Source: Nitrospinota bacterium (GTDB taxonomy: Bacteria > Nitrospinota_A > UBA7883 > JADGGD01). From it: DNA of 64,000 bases. The notes under the pieces were generated by a model. The model saw only the letters and a list, made by a program, of their open reading frames with translations. It was not told the origin of the DNA and did not search any database. Location of the stretch: contig CALOCG010000022.1 of the NCBI GenBank assembly GCA_942491805.1, positions 60,240-124,239 on the forward strand, read 5' to 3'. The position numbers and the translations under genes were made by a program. Below, in pieces: positions 20,493 to 30,109 of the stretch. Positions within the stretch are counted from its first letter, which is position 1; every line of letters begins with the position of its first letter.

Positions 20493-22031
20493 ATGCCAAC
20501 CCGCCGAGATTCGATGAGCAAAACCAACGTCACCTTATGCGTTCCGCCGCAAGGCTATTTCGCCGAGCGATGGAAAGAGTCGTCGATGCCGACCCTCGGC
20601 GTCCTCTCCATGGCCGCCTGTCTCGAAAAAGAGGGGTTCGGCATAACGTCGCTACCGTCACACATCTTGCGGATGACCATAGAGGACATTGTCAAGCATG
20701 TGACCGACCACAAACCGGAAATCTTCGGCGTCACCGTCACCACCGAGAACCGGTTCGACGCTTTCGACGTGGCCCGCGCCGTCAAACGGGCCCGCCCGGA
20801 GACCAACGTCGTCTTGGGCGGCCCCCACTGCACCACCACCGCTCTGGATACGCTGACCCACATCCCGGAGGTCGACATGGTGGTCTCGGGCGAAGGGGAG
20901 GTGACCATCGTCGAACTGGCCCGGGCCGTCGAAGCGGGTGGAGGGTCGGCGGCGTTTGCGAGGATCGACGGGCTCTCGTTCCGCGACGGAGACCGGATCG
21001 TTACCAACGGGTTGCGCGGCAAACTCCCCGACCTGAACGTCCTGCCCCTTCCGGCGCGGCACTTGGAAGATATGGCCGCCTATAACTTCTTCGTCGACGT
21101 GCCGGGGCGAGGGAAACATCCTGCGGCCAACATCATGACGAGCCGTGGTTGCCCGTTCGACTGCAACTTCTGCGCGACCCCGACCAACTGGGGGCGAAAA
21201 GTGCGAGGGGTGTCGCCGGAGCGGGTGTTAGAAGAGATCGAGCATTGCATGGAGCGGTACGGAACCAAGGCGATCTGGTTCTACGACGACACTCTTAACT
21301 ACAATCCCAAACGGCTCGAAACGATCTGCGACATGATGATCGAGCGGAAACTCGATTTGAGCTGGTTCTGCGAAGTGAGGGTCGACGCCCTTGACCGACG
21401 GCTGTTCGACAAGATGGTGCAAGCGGGGCTCTTTCATTTCGGGTTCGGTGTCGAAAGCGCCAACGAACGGGTCTGCCGCGATGTCATCGGCAAAAAGGCG
21501 ACCTTGCAGCAGGCCATCGACGTCATCGACTGGGCCAACGAGATGCAGGTGACCCCCAATCCCTTTTTCATTTTCAGCCACCCGACCGAAACGTGGGAAG
21601 AGGCGATGGAGACCCTCGAATTCGCCGAGAGCCTCCGTGGACGGGCGCAATGCTCCATGGCGATCTTGCACGTCTACCCCTCCACCGAACTGTGGGATCG
21701 AGCCATTGCAGAGAAAAAAATCCCCGCCGATTTCACCTGGACCAACCCCGACGATCCCCGGATCGTCGAGCTCCCCGAAGCGCAAGGGCGCATTCCGCTC
21801 TACATGGATAAACTGACCTGGTTTCAGATTTCGACCATCATCTTCCGGTTCAGCCAGTCTGCCATGAAGGTGAGCCTCTGGAGCAAGGTGACGAAAGCGG
21901 CGAAACGGATCAACAGTTGGCGCCGCTTCGTCCAGTATTTCGTTATGGGGCTGGCGCTGATCAAGCTGAAACTTGCGCGTGGGAAGAAGAAGGGGAACGA
22001 CGACAAGATGGCCAAGCCTGCGGAGTTTTGA
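20493..22031 (+). CDS. B12-binding domain radical SAM protein (class B radical SAM family)
   Basis: N-terminal cobalamin-binding Rossmann region (LGVLSMAACLEKEGF...), then a radical SAM core (SRGCPFDCNFCATP). Start taken at MPTRRDSMSKTNV (GAAGAG RBS). The track ORF 20277.. is over-extended. Confidence 0.8.
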   Translation: MPTRRDSMSKTNVTLCVPPQGYFAERWKESSMPTLGVLSMAACLEKEGFGITSLPSHILRMTIEDIVKHVTDHKPEIFGVTVTTENRFDAFDVARAVKRARPETNVVLGGPHCTTTALDTLTHIPEVDMVVSGEGEVTIVELARAVEAGGGSAAFARIDGLSFRDGDRIVTNGLRGKLPDLNVLPLPARHLEDMAAYNFFVDVPGRGKHPAANIMTSRGCPFDCNFCATPTNWGRKVRGVSPERVLEEIEHCMERYGTKAIWFYDDTLNYNPKRLETICDMMIERKLDLSWFCEVRVDALDRRLFDKMVQAGLFHFGFGVESANERVCRDVIGKKATLQQAIDVIDWANEMQVTPNPFFIFSHPTETWEEAMETLEFAESLRGRAQCSMAILHVYPSTELWDRAIAEKKIPADFTWTNPDDPRIVELPEAQGRIPLYMDKLTWFQISTIIFRFSQSAMKVSLWSKVTKAAKRINSWRRFVQYFVMGLALIKLKLARGKKKGNDDKMAKPAEF

Positions 22032-22056
22032 TTTTCGCTTTCATTTCGCATATAAT
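22028..22056 (+). promoter_or_regulatory. Sigma70-like promoter candidate for the TcmP-like gene
   Basis: TTGATT (22028-22033), 17-nt spacer, TATAAT (22051-22056), about 30 nt before the ATG. GGAG RBS at 22076-22079. The -35 overlaps the stop codon of the upstream radical SAM gene. Confidence 0.45.
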
Positions 22057-22085
22057 TGCCGTACACGTTCTTTCTGGAGCTTGAT

Positions 22086-23183
22086 ATGGCAACGCCAAAA
22101 GATACTCTTTGGCCACTCGATCCGCATACTTTAGCTAAGCATGAGATTCTCAAACGCTACTTGGGTGCATGGTTTCCTATCATCAGCAAGCGCAACAGAA
22201 GGATCGTCTATATCGATGGATTTTCTGGACCAGGGCGCTACCAAGGAGGCGAACTAGGCTCACCAATAATTGCTCTTGAGGTAGCCCGAAATCATCGCAA
22301 ACCAATCGATGGTGAAGTGGTCTTTTGGTTCGTGGAAGGACGTGCAGATCGCCTCGAACACCTACAACAAGAACTTGCTCAGATAGAAGTCCCAGCCCAC
22401 TTCAAGGTCTCTGCCAATCCTGGAAGGTTTGAACAAAAATTTGAGGCGATGCTCGATTCAATCGATGAAAAGGGAAAGTCCTTAGCTCCTGCTTTTGCCT
22501 TTATTGACCCTTTCGGATTTTCAGGGATTCCATTTGAACTAATAGAGAGACTAATGGGATATAAAAGCTGTGAAGCTTTCATTAACTTTGCTGTTGATCC
22601 GATCAACAGATTTCTCGATCATCCCGACGAAGCAATTGTGCAACACATCGTTGAGGCATTTGGGACTGATGAGGTGAGAGCCATTGCGAAGTCGCAAGGG
22701 GACAGAATCTACAAATTACGAGAGCTATACCAGTCTAGACTTAAGAGTGTCGCAAAGTATGTTCGTTACTTCGAAATGCGCGACAAACGAAATCGCGCAC
22801 AATACCTGATGTTTTTTGCCTCTAATGATGAACTAGGACATCTTAAGATGAAAGAGGCTATGTGGCGAGTTGACCCTTATGGCGATTTCAGCTTTTCTGA
22901 TGCCACCGCTCAAGGGCAGAGCGTCCTATTTGGCGCAGAGGAAACTGCCATTCCGCAGTTGGCCGAGACTCTGCGCAAGAGATACACTGGACAGGCCAAT
23001 CTCAAGGTTCTCATTATGAGAAAGTTTGTTGAAAACGAAACCTCCTTCCTTGCCAAACACATGAAAGCGGCCCTTAGGCAGGAAGAGACCGAGAATAGGA
23101 TTATGGTTTCCGAGTTGAAAAGTGATGGCAAAAGGAGACGGAAAGGCTCGTTTCCAGATGAGGTCACGTTAAAGTGGGTATGA
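22086..23183 (+). CDS. tcmP: TcmP-like protein (usual partner of three-Cys-motif / DUF5131 proteins), AT-rich foreign gene
   Basis: 365 aa from [33 protein letters not shown]. Its stop overlaps the start of the DUF5131-like gene by 4 nt (ATGA). Its GC content is far below the flanking DNA. It has methyltransferase-like motifs (see findings). Confidence 0.55.
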   Translation: MATPKDTLWPLDPHTLAKHEILKRYLGAWFPIISKRNRRIVYIDGFSGPGRYQGGELGSPIIALEVARNHRKPIDGEVVFWFVEGRADRLEHLQQELAQIEVPAHFKVSANPGRFEQKFEAMLDSIDEKGKSLAPAFAFIDPFGFSGIPFELIERLMGYKSCEAFINFAVDPINRFLDHPDEAIVQHIVEAFGTDEVRAIAKSQGDRIYKLRELYQSRLKSVAKYVRYFEMRDKRNRAQYLMFFASNDELGHLKMKEAMWRVDPYGDFSFSDATAQGQSVLFGAEETAIPQLAETLRKRYTGQANLKVLIMRKFVENETSFLAKHMKAALRQEETENRIMVSELKSDGKRRRKGSFPDEVTLKWV

Positions 23184-23893
23184 ACTCGACCATCGAATGG
23201 ACCGAGGCGACGTGGAATCCGGTCACCGGATGCACCAAGACCAGTCCCGGTTGCAAACATTGCTACGCCGAGCGGATGTCGAAACGGCTCCGCGCTATGG
23301 GCCAGCCGAACTATCAGCACGACTTCACCGAGGTCACCACCCACGAACGAATGCTGGAAGCCCCGTTGCGGCTCCGTAAACCGCATACGATCTTCGTCAA
23401 CTCCATGAGCGACCTGTTCCATCGGGACGTGCCGACCGAGTTCATCCATAAGGTCTTCGGCGTGATGGAGAAGGCCGCACGCCACCGCTTTCAGGTACTA
23501 ACGAAGCGTTCCGGGCGGCTAAGAACGTTAAGCTACTCCCTATCATGGAGTGAGAACGTCTGGATGGGAGTCAGCGTGGAAAGCGCCAAATACACTCATC
23601 GAATCGACGACCTTCGCGCTACCGACGCCGCCGTAAAGTTCCTCTCCATCGAACCGCTTCTCGGCCCAATCCCCCATCTCGATCTTCGCGGTATCGACTG
23701 GGTGATCGTGGGGGGCGAATCGGGACCGGGAGCGCGGCCCATGGACCCTGAGTGGGTCATCGACATCAAAGAGCAATGTGTAGATCGTGGCGTCCCCTTT
23801 TTCTTCAAACAGTGGGGTGGCGTGCAAAAGAAACGGGCCGGTCGAATGCTCGAAGGCCGAATCTGGAATCAGATGCCAACTCTCACCCCATAA
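23180..23893 (+). CDS. Three-Cys-motif protein, phage Gp37/Gp68 (DUF5131) family
   Basis: N-terminus [31 protein letters not shown] carries the characteristic C-x6-C-x2-C triad after a WNPxxGC box. Translationally coupled to the upstream partner. Confidence 0.6.
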   Translation: MNSTIEWTEATWNPVTGCTKTSPGCKHCYAERMSKRLRAMGQPNYQHDFTEVTTHERMLEAPLRLRKPHTIFVNSMSDLFHRDVPTEFIHKVFGVMEKAARHRFQVLTKRSGRLRTLSYSLSWSENVWMGVSVESAKYTHRIDDLRATDAAVKFLSIEPLLGPIPHLDLRGIDWVIVGGESGPGARPMDPEWVIDIKEQCVDRGVPFFFKQWGGVQKKRAGRMLEGRIWNQMPTLTP

Positions 23894-23960
23894 CCACCCC
23901 CGCAGGATCGCGACGCGTGGCTCCGTCCAACAAGCCACTGACAAACGTTATCGAGCCGGT

Positions 23961-23974
23961 CAGGCCTTCGCCTG
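23961..23974. terminator. Short GC hairpin between convergent genes (weak terminator candidate)
   Basis: CAGGC-CTTC-GCCTG, immediately next to the EF-hand gene stop. Confidence 0.3.
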
Positions 23975-24535
23975 TTAGCCGAACCAGTCGCTCGCCCCAT
24001 CCTTCTGCGGCGACTGATACCAAGGGGAGCTGTAGTTCCCGCCGAGGAGCGACATCGCCCCCTCCAACGCCACACTGCGGTAACTTTGCGTCGGCGCCCC
24101 CTGTTGAGCCATTCCCTTTTCCATATGGGTCGCCAACTCACCGGCGTCGATTTCGCCGTCGCGATTGGTATCGGCCACATCGAATCGTTCGGCGCTAAGC
24201 CCCGACTCTTTGGCGGTCATCCCCCCGTTCCGGTCGGTGTCCTTCATCGCCAGCAACGACCGGGCCAAGGCGGAGAGATCGACACTCCCGGCGGAGGCCG
24301 TTTTCCGTCCGGCCTGCTGTCGGGCGATCTCGTCGGCGGTCAGTTTCCCGTCACCGTCGGCGTCGGTCTCTTTGAACCGGGTGGCGCTTATTCCCGCTTC
24401 CCGGCTCGACAAAGTTCCGTCACCGTCGTCGTCGCGCATCTTCACCAGCAACGTCCCCTGCTGGGAGCTGGTCAGACTCCCGTTTCCGGTGGCGCCGAAG
24501 AGAGACGAAAGAGAGGCCGATTCGAACGAGTTCAT
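23975..24535 (-). CDS. EF-hand calcium-binding protein (four EF loops)
   Basis: Start MNSFESASLSSLFG with an AAGGAAAG RBS. Loops DDDGDGTLSSRE, DADGDGKLTADE, DTDRNGGMTAKE, DTNRDGEIDAGE. The track ORF is over-extended at the 5' end. Confidence 0.75.
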   Translation of the reverse strand: MNSFESASLSSLFGATGNGSLTSSQQGTLLVKMRDDDGDGTLSSREAGISATRFKETDADGDGKLTADEIARQQAGRKTASAGSVDLSALARSLLAMKDTDRNGGMTAKESGLSAERFDVADTNRDGEIDAGELATHMEKGMAQQGAPTQSYRSVALEGAMSLLGGNYSSPWYQSPQKDGASDWFG

Positions 24536-24685
24536 GATCTTTCCTTTCAACGGAACAACGCACCCCCTTATCTCGCAACTTTCGAGCCAACAATAAGCGC
24601 TTGATTTACATCTATTTACCTCGTGGCTACCCGATGAAGAAAGGCAACTTTTTCCCCCACCCCCTCTATCTGCTATTCTTCCCCC

Positions 24686-25864
24686 ATGAAACTCCTTTTT
24701 CTCGCCCCCCAACCCTTCTTCGAGACTCGGGGGACGCCGATCAACATCCGGCTGATTCTCCAGTCGTTATCGACCTTGGGGCATACCGTCGATCTTCTCT
24801 GCTACCCCCACGGCGACGACGAGACGATCCCCGGCGTCACCATCCACCGGGTGGTCAATCCGCTCTGCGTCGGCCCGGCGCCGATAGGGCCGTCGGGAAA
24901 AAAAATATGGTTCGACCTGTTCATGTTCCCCCACGCCTTTTGGTTGATGCTGACCGGTCGGTATCAGGCGATCCACGGGGTCGAAGAGGCCGGGTTTATG
25001 GCGTGGCTTTTGGCGAAAATCTTTCGGGTCCCCTACGTCTTCGATATGGACTCCCACATCGCCGACCAACTCGCCTATTCGAAACTGCCGATCCCATCGT
25101 GGGGAATTCGGCTGGTGGAAAAAATGGAGGGCGCCGCTCTGGCCTCCGCGACGCGGGTCTTGACCGTCTGCCAAGCCCTCTCCGACGTGGCGGCCCGCTA
25201 TACGTCGCTCGACAAGATCGTCTTGATCGAAGACATCCCGCAGGAATACCCCGAAGCCCCCGATGGAGTTACCCCGGCGTCGATCCGGGCGGAACTCGGT
25301 CTCCCGACCGACGCCCCGGTGGTTCTCTATACCGGGAATCTGGAATCGTATCAGGGAATCGACTTAGTCATGGAAGCGGCGCCGATGATCGTGGCTGGGG
25401 CGCCCGACGTACGGATCCTCATCGTCGGCGGGGGGGGGGTGTCGTTGGATCGTTATCGCCGTCAGGTCGGAAGGGCCGGGCTTGACGGAAACGTCATTCT
25501 GGCCGGTTCCCGTCCCCTGTCGCATATGCCGGTTCTCTACGAGATGGCCGATATCCTCCTCTCCCCCCGCCTCTCCGGGACCAACACCCCCCTTAAAATC
25601 TACTCCTATTTGGCCACCGGCAAGGCCATCGTCGCCACCGATCTGCCGACCCATACGCAGGTTCTGACCCCCGAGGTGGCGAAACTGGCCCCGCCGGAAA
25701 AGTTGGCTTACGCCAAAGCCGTTCTGTTATTATTGAAAGAGGGAGCGTTGAGGCGCTCTCTCGGAGAAGCGGGACGGGCGTTGGTCGAAGAAAAACATAC
25801 CCGCCGAATTTTCTCCGACAAGATCGACCGGCTTTATCGGTCGGTCGCTGAATCGATTCAATAA
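24686..25864 (+). CDS. Glycosyltransferase family 4 (GT-B fold)
   Basis: 392 aa. N-terminal acceptor-binding half. C-terminal GT1/GT4 signature (VLYTGNLESYQGIDL, E...LLSPRLSGTNTPLKIYSYLATGKAIVATDL). Confidence 0.85.
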   Translation: MKLLFLAPQPFFETRGTPINIRLILQSLSTLGHTVDLLCYPHGDDETIPGVTIHRVVNPLCVGPAPIGPSGKKIWFDLFMFPHAFWLMLTGRYQAIHGVEEAGFMAWLLAKIFRVPYVFDMDSHIADQLAYSKLPIPSWGIRLVEKMEGAALASATRVLTVCQALSDVAARYTSLDKIVLIEDIPQEYPEAPDGVTPASIRAELGLPTDAPVVLYTGNLESYQGIDLVMEAAPMIVAGAPDVRILIVGGGGVSLDRYRRQVGRAGLDGNVILAGSRPLSHMPVLYEMADILLSPRLSGTNTPLKIYSYLATGKAIVATDLPTHTQVLTPEVAKLAPPEKLAYAKAVLLLLKEGALRRSLGEAGRALVEEKHTRRIFSDKIDRLYRSVAESIQ

Positions 25865-25907
25865 GATGGGGGTCGGTCACCGGCCCCCTTTTGTGTGTGG
25901 TAGCTCC

Positions 25908-26987
25908 ATGTCACTGGTCAAACAACTGGCGAATCTGGCCCTCTTCAAAATGGGGGCCGTCCACCCCGTCGCCGGGCCGATGAAGGTGCAGTGGGAGCTG
26001 ACCTACCACTGCAACCTGAAATGCCAACATTGCCAGATCTGGCGGATACCGTTGAGCGAAATCAGGGCCGACACCCTCACCTTCGATCAGCAAAAAGCGA
26101 TCATCGACGACCTTGCCGCCAACGACGTCCGCCACGTATCGTTCTCCGGCGGAGAGATGTTCCTGCAAAAAACCGTCTACGCGTTAATCGCCTACGCCAA
26201 GAGCAAAGGGATGAAAGTCGGCGGCAACTCCAACGCCTTTCTGATCAACGAAGCCATCGCCCAAAAGATCGCCGACAGCGGTCTCGACTTTCTCTATATA
26301 TCGCTCGACGGTGACAACGCCGAGACCCACGACCAGATACGCGGCGTGCCGAAAGCGTTCGAACGAGTCTTCACCGGGGTCAAGAACCTGCGGGCGACCG
26401 CTCCCGCGCTGAAGATCTTTTTCAACACGACGATCAACCGCTTAAACGTCGGCCAACTGGTCGGCGTCGGCGCCCGTGGTCGTGAAGCCGGGGTCGACGG
26501 GTTGACCATCGAGATGACCAACACCTTCGACAAATATTCTCCGGCCGAAGGGCTGACGTTGCTCGACGAACAGATTCCGCTCCTCCACGCGCAGATCAAA
26601 GAGCTGTTCGATAAATATGGCGATCTTCTGCCGCATCAGATGGGCTATTTCGACGAGTTCGAGACCTATCTGAAGAACCGCGACGAGCTTTACAAATACC
26701 GTTGCGTGGCCGGATACACATCGGCCCAGATTCATCCCAACGGCGATCTCTACGCCTGCCCGGTGGCCTTCGAGAAACTGGGTAATCTGGCCGAGACGAA
26801 GTTCGCCGATCTTTGGTACGGCGAGCGGGCCGACAAGGTGCGGACCGATATCAAAGAGGGACGCCACCCGATCTGCTGGATCACCTGCGTCTCTCCGGCC
26901 AACCAATATCTCTCGTATCTCTCGCCGACGAAGTTCCATAAACTGCTGGCGCCCTCGACACTGAAGCATATTGCGCGGAAGCTGTAG
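25908..26987 (+). CDS. Radical SAM / SPASM-domain protein
   Basis: CNLKCQHC radical SAM triad about 25 aa from MSLVKQL. C-terminal Cys-rich SPASM region (YRCVAGY...YACP...CWITCVSP). Confidence 0.8.
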   Translation: MSLVKQLANLALFKMGAVHPVAGPMKVQWELTYHCNLKCQHCQIWRIPLSEIRADTLTFDQQKAIIDDLAANDVRHVSFSGGEMFLQKTVYALIAYAKSKGMKVGGNSNAFLINEAIAQKIADSGLDFLYISLDGDNAETHDQIRGVPKAFERVFTGVKNLRATAPALKIFFNTTINRLNVGQLVGVGARGREAGVDGLTIEMTNTFDKYSPAEGLTLLDEQIPLLHAQIKELFDKYGDLLPHQMGYFDEFETYLKNRDELYKYRCVAGYTSAQIHPNGDLYACPVAFEKLGNLAETKFADLWYGERADKVRTDIKEGRHPICWITCVSPANQYLSYLSPTKFHKLLAPSTLKHIARKL

Positions 26988-27134
26988 ATATGAGGAAAAC
27001 GTCACCGAGTCGGGCGATACAAGCGGGCTTGCGCCTGTCTTTTCTTCCCGTTACCGACAAGAGCCGTCGTCTTCGCCGACTCCCCGTTGGCAAAAGCGTC
27101 ATACCCCCTCTTTCGACGCCGCAGGTAGTTTTCC

Positions 27135-28130
27135 ATGGATAAGTTAACCCACTTCGCCAACCTCGCTTCCATCTACGGTAGCTATCTCAAACGAGAAGAG
27201 GTCGTCAAGAAGCTCCCGACCCGGGTCTGGATCGAGCCGACCCCGGCCTGCAACCTCTCGTGCGGTCATTGCCCCCACGGGCACGATATCCCTTTCGACA
27301 AGGGGCTGATGAAATGGGAGCTTTTCACCAAGATCGTCAACGAGCTGACCGGGTCGGTCTACGACGTGAACCTCTTCCACCGGGGGGAGTCGCTGATCCA
27401 CAAGCGGCTCGCCGACATGGTCGCCTATTGCGCCGACCGGGGGATGCACACCCGTTTGCATACCAACGCTGGACTCATGGACGAGACGTGGAGTAGAAAG
27501 TTGATCGAAGCGGGGCTCGACTACGTTTCGTTCTCTTTCGACGGCTACACCAAAGAGACCTACGAGAAGAACCGGACCGGCGGTTGTTACGAGACGACCA
27601 TCAAGAACATTCAGACCTTCCTTAAGGTTAAACACGAGCTTGGCTCAAAAGTCTTCACCATCTTGCAAGTAATGGAGCTAGGCGAAGAGGCCGAAGGGAA
27701 AGAAGAGCGGAAGAACGCTCTCATGGCCCATTTCGACGGTCTCGGGTTAAGCCGTTTCGTCGTGCGCACCCCCCACAACTGGGCGGGAGATTTCGACGAG
27801 TTCGGACACGGCGTCGGCGACGAGCCGAGTTTCAAGTTCACCCCCTGCACCTTCCTGTGGTACGCCATGACCATCTTCTACGACGGCCGTGTGGCGCCCT
27901 GCCCGCAAGATTTCTACGGCAAGATGATCATGGGGGACGTGTCGAAGCAGAGCGTCGCCGAAGTCTGGAACGGAGAGCCGATGCGTGCGCTTCGTCGCCG
28001 GATGAAAGAGCGCGACGTGGCCGGACTCGCCCCCTGCAACAGCTGCGACATCCTGAACCGGAAAACTTTCATGGGGGTACCGACCAACTATCTGGGCGCC
28101 TTCGTGAAAGACAACCTCCTCCTGAAATGA
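27135..28130 (+). CDS. Radical SAM / SPASM-domain protein (tandem paralog)
   Basis: CNLSCGHC triad. SPASM Cys cluster (CTFLWY...APCPQD...CNSCD). Confidence 0.8.
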   Translation: MDKLTHFANLASIYGSYLKREEVVKKLPTRVWIEPTPACNLSCGHCPHGHDIPFDKGLMKWELFTKIVNELTGSVYDVNLFHRGESLIHKRLADMVAYCADRGMHTRLHTNAGLMDETWSRKLIEAGLDYVSFSFDGYTKETYEKNRTGGCYETTIKNIQTFLKVKHELGSKVFTILQVMELGEEAEGKEERKNALMAHFDGLGLSRFVVRTPHNWAGDFDEFGHGVGDEPSFKFTPCTFLWYAMTIFYDGRVAPCPQDFYGKMIMGDVSKQSVAEVWNGEPMRALRRRMKERDVAGLAPCNSCDILNRKTFMGVPTNYLGAFVKDNLLLK

Positions 28131-29170
28131 GCGGTTGCAAGGGATGCCCCGAACCGGGCGGTATGCCCGACGATCCCCATAAAGGAAAAGGGCGGATCGT
28201 CGTCACCGGCGCCACCGGCTTCGTCGGCAAACGTCTATGTAAAGCGCTGGAGGAGCGGGGTTACACCCTTCGCATCCTCGCCCGCTCCGACAAGGAAGAC
28301 CCGTACTTCCGCTCGCTCAACGCCGAAATCTTGCGGGCCGACGTCACCGACCCCGCGATGGTCGGCGATCTGATGAGCGGCGCCGACGGGGTGGTCCATA
28401 TGGCCGCCGTGGTGGGGGGCGCCGGGATGAGCGACGACCAATTCCGCGAAGTCCATGTGCGAGCGACAGAACGATTACTTGAAGGGGCGGTCCGCGCCGG
28501 AATCAAACGATTCCTCCATGTCTCGACCATCGGCGTGCTCGGCGCCACCGGTCGGACGCCGGTCGACGAGACGGCGCCCTACAACGTGAAAGACATCTAC
28601 CAAATCACCAAAGCCGAAGGGGAGCGAGCGGCCCTCGCCCATGACGGGAACGAAGGGATGCGGGTGACCGTCGTCCGCCCGGCCGCCGTATACGGCCCCG
28701 GCGACCGACGATTGTTGAAACTCTTCCGCTCCGTAGCGAGAGGAACCTTTCGGATGATCGGCGACGGGGAGACGATGATCCACCCGGTCTATGTGGACGA
28801 TCTGGTCGAGGGGATGGCTTTGGCTTTCGAGAGCGAGCGGGCCGGAGGACGCGCCTACATTCTTGGCGGCCCGGAACCGGTCTCGCTCAACCAATGGGTC
28901 GATACCATCGCGGCGAAAGCCGAACAGCCGCTGTCGGCCCTATCGATCCCCTACGCCCCGGTATGGGTCGCCGCCGTTATCTGCGAAGCGCTCTGCGGGG
29001 TTCTGCGGATCGCCCCCCCCCTTTTTCGTCGTCGGGTCGATTTCTTCGTGAAAGACCGGGCTTTCTCCATCGACCGGGCGCGGAACGAATTGGGCTACGC
29101 CCCGAAGGTCGATCTCAACGAAGGGACGGAACGGACGCTGGCTTGGTACAAGGAGGAGGGGCTGCTTTAA
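28128..29170 (+). CDS. NAD-dependent epimerase/dehydratase family protein
   Basis: Start MSGCKGC overlaps the upstream stop (TGAAATG). Rossmann motif VTGATGFVGKRL. A YxxxK-like catalytic region. Confidence 0.8.
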
Positions 29171-29254
29171 CGACGCTCGTAGACGGCCTTGTCCGGTCAA
29201 GACCAGAGCTGGCGGAGGCGAAAGCCTCGTCGACAGCGACTATTGGTGGAGACG

Positions 29255-29875
29255 TCAGGAAGAAGGGCCGCCTTCGTGGCCGCTCATCCCGGCCATGACG
29301 ACATACCGCATGGCGTCTTCCACCGACATCGACAACGGCGTCACTTTCTCTCTCGGCATCATGATCGTATAGCCGCCGATCTGATACGAGAAGGGGATGT
29401 AGACCGCCACCATCCCGTCGAACGGTTCTAATCCTTTCACGTCGCCAAACGACTGGCGGGTGACGAAACCGATGAGGTGATAGTCGGCGGCGAAAGTGAC
29501 CCGGACCACCAGATCGAGCTGTTGCGACCGGGTACCGGCCACGAAACTCATCATGTCTTTCAGTCCGGCGAAGAGCGATTTCACGAACGGAATCCGCCCG
29601 ACGATCCGCTCCATCCATTCGGTAAGGCGACGCATGACCCAGAGATTCATCACCAGCCCGAGGAGGAAAACCAACACCACCCCCGCGGCGATCCCCATGC
29701 CGGGCCAGTAATAGGCCGGCGCCGGGAGAACCATCCGTATCAGCTCCCCCAACCGGCTCTCGGCCCAGACGCTCATCCAGACCACCACCGAAATGGTCAG
29801 CCCCAACGGCAACGCCGTCAGCAACCCGTTGGCGAAAGCGCGCAATAACGGTCTTCGTATCCCTTCTTTCGACAT
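29255..29875 (-). CDS. DUF502-family membrane protein
   Basis: Two N-terminal TM helices and a conserved cytoplasmic domain. 206 aa. Confidence 0.6.
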   Translation of the reverse strand: MSKEGIRRPLLRAFANGLLTALPLGLTISVVVWMSVWAESRLGELIRMVLPAPAYYWPGMGIAAGVVLVFLLGLVMNLWVMRRLTEWMERIVGRIPFVKSLFAGLKDMMSFVAGTRSQQLDLVVRVTFAADYHLIGFVTRQSFGDVKGLEPFDGMVAVYIPFSYQIGGYTIMMPREKVTPLSMSVEDAMRYVVMAGMSGHEGGPSS

Positions 29876-29977
29876 CGGGTCGATCCTTTCGCTATGAATG
29901 AGTCATGGTACCAGACCCCATCCATCTGACGGACAATCACCTTCTCCCAAAAGCTCTCCCTTAAAACCGTTCCCTTT

Positions 29978-29986
29978 TGCTACAAT
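29978..29986 (+). promoter_or_regulatory. Extended -10 promoter candidate upstream of the stressosome operon
   Basis: TGcTACAAT about 125 nt before the rsbR ATG. No convincing -35. Confidence 0.25.
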
Positions 29987-30109
29987 ATCGCAAGGGTCAA
30001 AAAAGGGGAGGGCTTCATGTACCCAAAAATTCCCTTGTGACCCGTTCCAATTATCCGTGCATCTCCGTCCCGATTCCGGGAGGGTCGACACATCGAAAGG
30101 AGGGGGTTT

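Noticed and set aside
26989-27144. A 51-aa ORF between the two SPASM radical SAM genes could be a RiPP precursor peptide.
   Set aside because: It has no RBS, an Arg/Pro-rich composition like frame noise, and it overlaps the start of the downstream gene. It has no leader/core character, so the evidence is too weak to call.
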